A stretch of DNA of 64,000 nucleotides, taken from NCBI GenBank assembly GCA_051362555.1, contig CM120640.1, positions 64,086,788 to 64,150,787 of the forward strand. Reading direction: 5' to 3'. The notes beneath the pieces were generated by a model, which searched no databases, had not been told where the DNA came from, and worked only from the letters and a program-made list of their open reading frames with translations. Positions 27,201-37,293 of this stretch are shown piece by piece. This DNA is from Lingula anatina. Taxonomy: Eukaryota; Animalia; Brachiopoda. The first letter of the stretch is position 1, and the number at the start of each line of letters is the position of its first letter. The translations under genes were made by a program, and so were the position numbers.

Positions 27201-30200
27201 GTGTGGCAGGACACATTGCCTTGTGGAACCTGGAGGAAAAGAGGCTGCTGAGTCAGATGAGAGGGGCCCACAGTGGGTCTGTAACAGGAATGAAATGTCT
27301 TCCATCAGAACCCCTAATGGTCACCTCGTCTGCAGATAATTCACTCAAGGTAATTTTTTGTTGTTCATTTTCAGATATGATGTGTTGTCGTGATTATTAT
27401 GCCAGACCAGGCAAAGTAGTTACTATCAATGTGGACATGTTTTACTTAAAATTATATTGCCATTTTGTATATTAAAAGGGTAAATATTTTAGTGATTAAA
27501 CAATATTAAAATGTTTTGTTTTCATATCATAGAAGTGTCTTAACATATTGTTTGAATACACTTTTCAATGTAGGTGTGGATATTTGACCAGCCAGATGGT
27601 GGAGGAAGGTTGCTAAGACAACGGACTGGGCACAGTGCCCCTCCTTCAAAGGTCCGTTTCCATGGCAATAATGGGCAGAATATCCTGAGTGCAGGTATGT
27701 ACAAAGATTAAGTGTGGGTAATGTTAATTTAAACATATTTCCTTATCTATTTACAATAAATTTAATTATCATACACTGTTTTCTACCAGATTGGGTCTAT
27801 TTATTTATTTATTTATTTTTTTTAATTTGATGCAAACTAGGGGAACATGTGAAGTATGCTGCATATTAAATTGTATTCATTCAGGTCAGGATAGTACTCT
27901 GAGGTCATTTTCAACAGTGCATGACAGGCACAATAAGAGCCTGGGAAGAGCATCATATAACAAAGCAGAAACCAAGAAGACTGGGTTAAAATTGGATCAA
28001 CACATGATGCCTCCCATCACAGACTTTGACTCAGGTGCTTACTAGGATGAAATAGCAGCATGTGAAATGTTAAGCTTGAAATTGTGTTTGTATTCTGTTG
28101 TATAATATGTTTATTGTTATAAAATTCTTAATGAATGGTTAACTCACAGATTTTGCATCAATTCCCAGAAATATATGTACTTACTTACTTTTGGTTACTT
28201 ATGGTGGTTTTGTGACATGGGCCACAGCATGTCCTTTTTGTCAGACTCTGGACTTAGTGGTGCCTGTGACTTTGGAACTTCATGCAACGGATGATAGTTA
28301 TACTTTACACCACATTCAGGTGACAAATTGTGCCAGAGCTCTTGAATGTAACACATTGCAGTGTAAGAGTTGTTGTTTATTTAAATTTCATTTCAGAGAT
28401 ATCCCGACAAAGTGACTGGGATAATATACTTGCCTGCCACAGAGGTCTTGGAGAAGTGACCACATGGAATTACCAGAGGTCATCAATGGGCAAACACAGG
28501 CTGGCACATCAGAGACTGACCAGTAAAGAACATGGTGGGACAGTGGCACTGGTACGTATAGGTTTTTGAGTATACCATTGTTTTAGAGATAAATATGTTA
28601 TAGCAAGAGGATAATATGAAAAAATGGTGTTTTTTCTAATTGTAAATGTGTGACAGTGTGTGTTATAGATATGTTTGTAATAAACTAAGGAATAAGTTAA
28701 TTTTCAATATATTATGACCATTTTAATTTAATGGTCTTTATTCTTAAAGTAAAAGAATATGCAGGTATCGAATTATATGGCTCATTTGTATGTCCATCAA
28801 ATGTACGTATTCTAATGTATTTTCAATTTCTCCTAGTGTGTATGCCTGACATCGTGTGGCAACTTTGGTTTGATAGGGTACAGCTCAGGCCATGTGGACG
28901 TCTACAACATGCAGTCAGGACTACACAGAGGTTCTTATGGCAATCCTTCTGGTAAGGTTTTCTGTTCAGTTGTTACTTTCTATTCTTTTGTTGTTGTCTC
29001 CCTACATGGTTATTTTAGTGCGCATGTTTGTGTGTGTGTGTTTATATAGGTGTAGAACAAAAATGTTTTACTACTTGCAGGATATATCACCATGTTAACT
29101 GTTGGTTATGATTGATGCCAAACATTAAAAAAAAAAACAATAGACAAATGGGACTTGCATAGCAAGCCCCATTATAGCACTAGCAAAGGTGTTAGGGTGA
29201 AACTGGTTTAAACACGTTTGTGATGTTCTGTACTTGCAAAATTCTAAAGACAGGATGGAACTCACTATTGATTTCAGATGAATTTGCTTTATTGTTTTAG
29301 CCCATGATGGTGCTGTAAGAGGAGTAGCTGTAGATGGTCTGAATCAAGTCACAGTAACAGCAGGAGCAGATTTCACAATTAAATTCTGGAAGTTCAAGCA
29401 AAAGCAGTTGTTGGAGACACTCAAAGTGGAAGCACAGGTTGCCAGTATTTTATTACACAGAGAAAGGTGAGGTGTTGTTTTTGGCAAATATGATGCTATC
29501 TCCATGAATTATAAATAGATTTTAATCCTGACCTTATAAGAGACACAGGTGGGCACTTGAAAAAATGGTACAGTCTGAAGCTTATTTGTATGCATTTACA
29601 GGGTAATTTTTTAAAACAAGGATACTGTATAAAAAATAACAAAAGTGGTTGAATTTGTTTCCAGCTGTATGTTAGCTGCAGGGTGTGATGATTTCAGCAT
29701 ATCTATCATAGACATTGAAACCAGGAAGGTAGTGAGGCGCTTTGAGGGGCACACAAATAGAGTGAATGACATGGTGAGGGACACAAAACAAACAGCCACA
29801 AATATATGTGGATGCGTGAAATTGTTTTAATGACATCTTTGATAAAATAATGTTTCTTTTACGTCTAAATTGATATGTACAATAACACATTCCATGTTTT
29901 GTAATTTAAGTAAAAGAATTGCTTTTTCTACTTTAACCTAAATATTGGCAGGTTTTATATGAAAATAAGCAAGGTTTCTATCGTACATGTGGCAATAGCA
30001 CTATGAATATGCACTAAAATGATTCCAATATTTGTATACAATAGACTTTTAGTCCAGACTCCAGATGGTTGGTCACTGCCTCAATGGATGCTTTGGTCAG
30101 GACATGGGACCTTCCAACTGGACGGTAAGGGATGATAAAGACTATGGTAATGTCATGTTGTTACTTCTGTGAAAATAACAGTGGGTTTTTGATGATACTC

Positions 30201-31898
30201 ACGTAAGATATTGCAATTAATTGCAAGTGATTATGTTTTTGAGTTCATTGACATTGATTCATATATTTGACTTTTGCAGTGTTAAAACTTAACATGATCA
30301 TGATCTCTTGTTTATATTTTTCCTCAATTTTTTTTATTGTATCATTTAAATTTTTAAAAATCACTGTACCTCTTTGTACAGGTTATTAGATTGCTTTGCA
30401 TTAGATGCCGCAGCGACCAGTCTGACCATGTCCCCTACTGGTGACTTTCTGGCCACCACCCATGTAGATGACCTAGGGATATATCTGTGGTCAAACAAGA
30501 CATTGTACACACATGTCCCTCTCAGGCCACTGCCTAGTGACTTTGAACCAGTCACAATGGAGATGCCATCCACCAGCAGAAAGTCTCAAGGTAATACATG
30601 TGGAAGTAATGCACTTATAATTTAGTAAGAATGAATTTGCTTGGTGAGAATGATTTCTGTCACGTTGATCAGTGTGTGGGTTGTAAGAAATTCAAAATAT
30701 TATATTATAATATAATCTTCAGTCACTCGGAATTTTTTTAAAATCATTAGATGATGCTTACAACAACAGTTAATTTAAAAAGTGCACATATTTTACCATA
30801 TACTGTGTTTCTCTGTTTTTGTTTTGATCGTGTTTTTTTTTACAAAATGCCAATTTATATCAAGGTGCTCCAGAAGAGAGAGAGGAGGATGTAGAATATG
30901 TGACATCAGATTTCAAATCACCAGCCCAGATATCAGATGAGTTGGTCACTTTGTCACTTCTTCCCAACTCTAGGTGGCAGAATCTCCTCCATCTTGACAT
31001 AATCAAGGTACACTACATCTATATTTATATGTAACATTTTGTTTGATTAGGTGGTGATATACTAGTCCTTTGGAACATGATCACACATAAAAATATTTTG
31101 GAAATATCAAACACTGAATAACATTAACAGGCAATTTTATAGCAGTTAAGAGCAGCATTCTTTTTTAAAATAATTTTTCCAAAGCCCTCGACTTACAGAT
31201 GATATATTGCTTAGACCTGAACTAGAAATGTTGAATATTTCAGAGTACCTCCCTCTTCCCAAAAATTATTTTTGTCAGGTTATATAAGATTCTCTTATGA
31301 TGATTATTTGTGTTTGTAGCAAAGGAATAAGCCCAAAGAACCACCCAAAGTGCCCAAATCTGCCCCATTCTTCCTCCCAACTGTACCAGGACTGGAGTTC
31401 AAGTTTGCACCAGCAGATGAAGGAATTGTTGCTGACAAGGTAATTGTATAGAAAGTGGAGTCTGTACCTGTATGAATTTAACGCTTGAAATATATAGAGG
31501 TCCAGATTTGTAACATAATTCGTATCAAAGAATTACAAATGGTTATTTCTTGACTTATTTTTGAGATTGCAGTTCTTTTGTCCAGCCAGTAGCCAGTATG
31601 ATAAATAATTATAATGAGTAACTAAAAAGTCATGAATCATTGAAAGGTAATATATTGGTAAATGAGAAGTGTTTAAATTATTGACTAATTACACATGTTT
31701 TTCTACATAATTTCTAACTACCTTTCAGGAGGGTTCTCATATTTCCAAACTCACAGAAACTCAAAACTTGACAGAATTTGGAAAATTGTTAAAGATGTCA
31801 GCATCAAATGGGAACAGTAAGTTCTTTTTTATTCAGATCACCATTTTGAATAACTACATCAGCAAAGACATTTTATTTATTTAGCTTTTTTGATTGGT

Positions 31899-31929
<31 letters not shown>

Positions 31930-32677
31930 GAGAATGGTCAAACTGATATGGAGAGGGTATATATTGTTTACAAATTTGGAGAAAGACTAACTGTTCATCT
32001 ATCCTATCCAGGTACTAGTCTGCTATATTATCTCTGCTGTTGAAATCAACAACTTTATATCAGTAATGATTTCAGTCCCAAACGTTCTATCTTCAAAGGC
32101 AATTATGTCCATTTTAGCATCAGAAGTACTGTCCAAGCTGAAGGAGCTCAGTCCTGCAGCCATTGACGTAGAGTTAAGGGGTCTGGCTCCAGAGGCAGGG
32201 GGGTCTGTAGCCCTGATGGTGCAGTTCCTGAAGTTCATCAGCGATGTTCTGGATTCCAAAAAGGACTTTGAACTTGCACAAGCTTATCTGGGTTTATTTC
32301 TTAAGGTTTGTGTTAATTATGTTATGGGAAGTTTTACCAACAGTTTTAAGTTATTGATCTTCTGGAAATTCTGATGTTGTGTTTTGTGAGATTTAACACT
32401 TTCACAACCTAGCTGCAATTCAAATCTTATTATTCTGTTTCATTAATTTTTATATTCTCTTTCCAACAAAATATGCATATCACATAATGATTAAAGATGT
32501 AATAGGTAAATTTCATTCTAATTACAGCTGCATGGAGAGCTGATTGCTAATGACCAGCAGTTACTAGAGCAAGCCCAACTACTAGGCAACAGCCAGGGGC
32601 AAGCTTGGAAACATTTACAAACTATGTTTAACCAAAGCTTATGTTTGGTGAACTATTTAAAAAGTGCAACATTATGA
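24221..32677 (+). CDS. WDR36: WD repeat protein 36 / UTP21 (SSU processome). Exons 24221-24364, 24680-24707, 25244-25344, 25863-25980, 26241-26428, 26797-26929, 27174-27349, 27574-27694, 27885-28034, 28397-28551, 28837-28951, 29301-29466, 29665-29773, 30045-30124, 30382-30590, 30865-31007, 31320-31439, 31729-31816, 32118-32305, 32528-32677
   Basis: N-terminal SRIFCGYRALG...VTCVGKAFHTYN; HPSTYLNKILLGSKQG; multiple WD repeats; Utp21 domain motifs LVTLSLLPNSRWQNLLHLDIIKQRNKPKEPPKVPKSAPFFLPT, LKELSPAAIDVELRGL and DFELAQAYLGLFLKLHG. Twenty phase-consistent exons. Confidence 0.96.
24866..25038. mobile_element. MITE with 14 bp TIRs and a 5 bp TSD, in WDR36 intron 2
   Basis: ctggggtagcgcta / tagcgctaccccag; cttcc directly repeated at 24861-24865 and 25039-25043. 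Confidence 0.85.
26160..26249 (+). repeat. Short duplication of the WDR36 exon 5 splice acceptor (55 nt offset)
   Basis: gatatatctttgt(a/g)ttttagaattatact occurs twice, with AG at 26184-26185 and 26239-26240. Confidence 0.85.
31898..31928. repeat. Poly-G homopolymer (about 30 nt)
   Basis: Seen directly; the length may be unreliable in the assembly. Confidence 0.9.
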
Positions 32678-33110
32678 TAATTGTTTTCCCCCTTTATTTT
32701 TCAAACACACATACCCATTAGTTAAAAATGAAGAACGAAGAAGGGTTATGGTGTTGTCATATAAATCATGCAATATAGAAAAAAACTTTGAAACTGTTTT
32801 TCATCATTTAGCATCATGCATCTGTAAAACTCATTTAGGGAAAGAAAGTATAGTAAAAAATGTGCCAGTTTCTAAATGTAGACATGTTTTTTTATTTAAC
32901 ATCAAAAATATTTTGGTGCAGTATAATCCAGTAAGCATTCAGAACAATCCGACTTTTACTTCTCAGTTGAGGTGTAGATGGGATAAGCTGCAATACACAT
33001 GAAATTAGTCTCCAATGTTATTTGCTTAGTTTGTCTTGATTACTATACAGATCAAATTTTAATAACACTGCAAACTGAATATTAAAATTGGCTAAACTGT
33101 CCAGTTTTTA

Positions 33111-36100
33111 TCATCCCTGCTGTAACAGGTTGTTACCATTAGAAATTCCAATCACACAGCAGGCCAGCCTTGGTCCAGCGTTGCCACTCAGGCCACTCCC
33201 CTTGTCCCCTCCACGCCCCAGATCATCTTCACCGGCATGAATCTGGTAAATAGTATATAGTTCTTGTAATGAGAAGATGACACGGTGTACAGACTGAGAG
33301 TGTAATATTATCAGTTATTCTTTACATTTAGGGCATATTAATATGTTTTTTTATTCTGAAATCCCCATTTCAAATTTTTTATGAAGTTTCACTTAGATGA
33401 CATTAATTTTGTCTTAGCCCTTGTTTTTGTTTTTATAAGATGCGGTGTTCGGTACTTGCTTATTATTTATATTGGAGACTACTCACAACAATGGCCCTTC
33501 CAATAATAGTGTTTGGTCCCCAAAGTGAAGCAACAGAGTCCAAGAAAGCTGTTACAACATTTCCATCAGAATCTCTTTCTACGTTTCCCCAGTCGCCTAC
33601 ATGCCTGACAGAAATAAAAAAAATGAGATGACTAAGCAGCAGGTTAAGATTTTTTTTTTGCTAAATGATTTATTGACTTTTGAAAGGACGATCATTGAAC
33701 ACGTTTCCTAATGTGCGTATTGTATTTTCTTTCTATATTACTATATGACTAACAAATAAGATTCGGAAAATAAAGGTAATGTTGGTAACTGTAGTATTGC
33801 TCATATATTGCTATGTCCATACCTTTTGTTTGGCAGGTCAGTCGGGGACCCATGTCGTACATTGGCTGGGTTAAAGTGACCCCCGGTAGAAGCGCACCCG
33901 TCGCTCAAATCACCGTATGTGTGGACGTGAAGACCATGTTTTAAGCTATTGCCCTCTGTTGGCAGTCCAGAAATATTTACTCGGACTTCGAGCAAGTTTC
34001 CCTTCAAAATACAAGAACATGTTTTAATAAAACGCCTTTCATGCTTGGGCAATATCAACCGAAATCTGCTTGAAATTTTGACAATTTTACTGGCAATGAT
34101 TTAAGCAGTTCATGAGTTAAACGCATTTTTGTTCAGAGATCATTAGACAAATACCCACTCTTTGAACAAGGTGGATGTCTCCACTGATGCCGTGTTTAAC
34201 ACCCGTGTTTGGTCTCATATCGCAGTGGCCAACCGTGTACATGCGAGCCAGCTGTTGGGAAGACAGATAAGGGCGTAGGCCTGTCAAAGGAGGAATGCTC
34301 CTGCATTTATATTGATACTTGAACATCGGCGTGCAGTACACAGAAGCAAATGGAGAAATGCATGTACATTTGTCCATTAACAAGACGATGGTATTATTCT
34401 CGAACCAAAACATTTGTAACTACCAAAATAATTTATCCTGTTACAATACTACATCATTAAATGTGTAGAGTTAAAAAGGGAAGGCAAAATTAAAATAATG
34501 AACACAGCGTACTTTCCAAAACGGGTGGCTTGCACACTTTTCCTTTTCCATCATTACAGCATTTCATGTCCAATATACAATCATGGTCGTTGGTGCACTG
34601 CCAGAGGTACTTTTGACCATAAACGGGGAAGGTTGAGCAGGTGCCCGTTTTTGCAGGATATCCAATAGGGAGCCCATGTGGAAACGTTAAGCTTTTGACC
34701 GAGGGTTTGGGCGCAGATTTTCTTGTAAAATGCACTTTTGCGAAAGGAGAGAAAAAGTTAGGAACATTATTTGGTTTCATGAAAAATATCTTACTTCAGT
34801 AATAACGATTTTACTAATTATGATATTCATTATAATGAAAAATGGACTTTTATATGAAATGGGCGGTTCGTGCATTTTGGTGAGTCATATTGGTAAAAAA
34901 TTCATTCTCAGATGCCATACTCCACGTAACACGAGATAACAACAGATGTTACTGGTGTTTTTTTTTCCTGCTCATTTGCAAGTATTAGTTTACATGTGTT
35001 ATATATAATTGCATGCGGTATATTCCATCATATTCTGATATAGCATGTGCTGTTTACAGCGTGACACAAAAACAGACTGAAAATAGAAAATGAAAGGCGC
35101 AATTTTCACTGAAAAAAAAAAAAAAAAAAACCTCAACCGAATTAAAAATCAGAAGTTATATTTCGTTATTTGATGAAAATTCACACATATTTTTGCTGTT
35201 AAGTAAGTAGCATACATTCCATATATCATTGAAAAGAGGACATGCAGCAAAGAGTTGCTCTAAAAATCAATGCTATTTTTCAATTACATCACAATAACAA
35301 AATTTGCATTACAAATTTCTGCAGGTTGAAAATAATCTGAAAGTGTTTCAGTAGCAGTTTGCATAGATATAATGGATTGGAAAATTGAAAGGGAAAACCG
35401 TGATTTATTATAACTTTTACTGGAAAGTAGTTTCAGCTGCCAATAACCTTCACAAACATGTAGCCAAAATCTAAGATTGATCTTGTAAAAAGAATAAATA
35501 TATGCCCAACAGTATTTTCTATTTACTGTTGGTTTACTAAAGTGAACCAATCAATCCTCTTTACGGAATATATTCTTCTCTTATAATTCGCCTGATTTAC
35601 TTACAGAGCACTGTTGTAACTCACCACAGTCGGCTTCGTCGCTCCGGTCGCCACAGTCGTTTTCACGATCACAGCGCCAAGTAGCAGGAATGCAACGACG
35701 GTTCTTACATTTAAATTCGTATGCAGAGTCGCAGTCTAGACAACAAGAAAAGATTACATCTTTGAGTGAAGAGTGAGAAGAAAATGGAAATAAGGGTTTG
35801 CCTATATCGATAAGTCCCTGTCCACGTCAGATTGGAATTGAAAAAAGATACATATGACATTTTTTGAAAAGAAAAGATATTTACCACTCATTGTAGCCCA
35901 CTGCTAATAATCATAAATATTGAGAGGAATCATTTCTTTCAGGACACGAACCGCGTCACTGTCATCCTTGTTTCACTGGGCTTGCGGCAGCTTGGAGAAC
36001 GTGTTTTTCCCACTCTCACCCCTTCTAAGTTAGGATTTTGACAGTTTTTGATAGTCAACATCAAATTCATACATCAGTGTTTATTAATACTGTAGCCAAC

Positions 36101-36518
36101 ATTGCAGCCTTATATTTTGTTATACATTTGTGAGAGTGAGCCAAAATTCCTTCTTCAACTGGCTGCAAGCTATGTGTAACATCAGCATGTCGTCAATATG
36201 CCAGCAACATGATATTTTCTTAATCAAGTGGTAGTATGAATAACGATAGATTTTCATTTATCTCATTATCACTGATTTGTAGGTAAAAATGAAGGATAAA
36301 AGACCTGATATTAACTAACCTTTGCTTTGAAACCCAGCATAGCCATGGTAAAATGCGTTAATATCAAGAGTAGGCATTCTCATGTTGAGCCTGGCTGTCT
36401 TGACATTGTTCAGGTAAACAGGTGTTGTCTCAGGAGGCGTCTCGGTTGCCGGGGTGGCCTGGCACGATGTCCAAATAAGTAAAATTAGAAATGTGCATCT
36501 AAGTATCCCAAAGAACAT
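33111..36518 (-). CDS. Secreted mosaic Cu/Zn superoxide dismutase: signal peptide - LDL-receptor class A domain - WAP-like domain - Cu/Zn SOD, about 360 aa. Exons 36518-36320, 35735-35625, 34734-34513, 34280-34159, 34001-33823, 33604-33487, 33242-33111
   Basis: Signal [21 protein letters not shown]. LDLa [39 protein letters not shown]-like KTGTC...[95 protein letters not shown]. Exons sum to 1083 nt in frame. The SOD domain is near-certain; linkage of the N-terminal exons is inferred from phases and from the lack of another start. Confidence 0.85.
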
Positions 36519-37153
36519 GTTTTTAAAACAAAGCTCTGCGTTATCAACCTCGTCACTAATATTCCAGTTTGAGAATCAAACGAAATTTCTATGACTGAAT
36601 GATGACCACTGTTCTTTTGGTAGCAGCTTACGCTCGCGCTTTTATAGGCCTTGTGAAGGTTTTGGTATGTGAGCAAAAATGGGTGAGGTCGCATCACGAA
36701 CGCGACATATGTGGATCTCTCAGACATTTTCACGGTCTCGGCTATGTAATTGTGCGTGGACGGACTGTTGCAACTGCAACAAGTGTGTATATGGCCATGG
36801 GTGGCACGCGACATATCGCTACACGTAACAGAATGTTCCGTTTGGGTTACAGTGTTTTGTCATAATAATATCAAGCTTTTATTGCTGTTTTGAGAATCAC
36901 AAACAATATATATAAACATGCAGGTAAAATGCAGCCCAAAAATCTAAAAGTGTCATAAATTAAAAACGTAATCCTAGACTAATGCCTGGAAACAATACTA
37001 TAATTAAATGTAATTGATACTAATTTACTAGAAAAAGTTACATTAAAATTAAAAAAAAAAAAAAAACTGATGAAAAAATAAAGATAAAATTAATTGTCAT
37101 TTTCCGAACATATACATGTATTAAATAGATAAATAATGTACTAGTACAGTAAC

Positions 37154-37236
37154 GTTACCGGAAACAATCGCTTTTCCGCTAGATGGTGCTGCAGTTGTAC
37201 TTCCTTTTGTTTACAATCGCGCAATGCATTTTGGGA
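37154..37236 (+). promoter_or_regulatory. Motif cluster upstream of the pseudokinase: RFX X-box/ETS, CTCF-like and ZNF143-like sites
   Basis: GTTACCGGAAAC 37154-37165, CCGCTAGATGGTGCT 37176-37190, TGCATTTTGGGA 37225-37236. Matched by eye to known consensus motifs. Confidence 0.5.
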
Positions 37237-37293
37237 TACCGCACTATCCTGAAGAGACGTTTACGTCAAGTACTGCGTGGAATTTCTAGCAAA

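Noticed and set aside
28230-28360. Candidate H/ACA snoRNA in a WDR36 intron (stem acattcag...ttgaatgt followed by ACA); a similar hint lies near 27090-27150
   Set aside because: Only one plausible hairpin and weak box matches in AT-rich DNA; needs an Infernal or snoReport search.
35885-36024. Possible extra exon between the SOD signal exon and the LDLa exon
   Set aside because: An AG acceptor exists, but the phase-1 frame stops at TGA and there is no convincing phase-1 donor. The gene model closes without it.
19335-36518. Functional oxygen/ROS cluster (P4HTM plus SOD)
   Set aside because: The genes are separated by WDR36 and have independent promoters; adjacency in an animal genome is not evidence of a shared system without conserved synteny.
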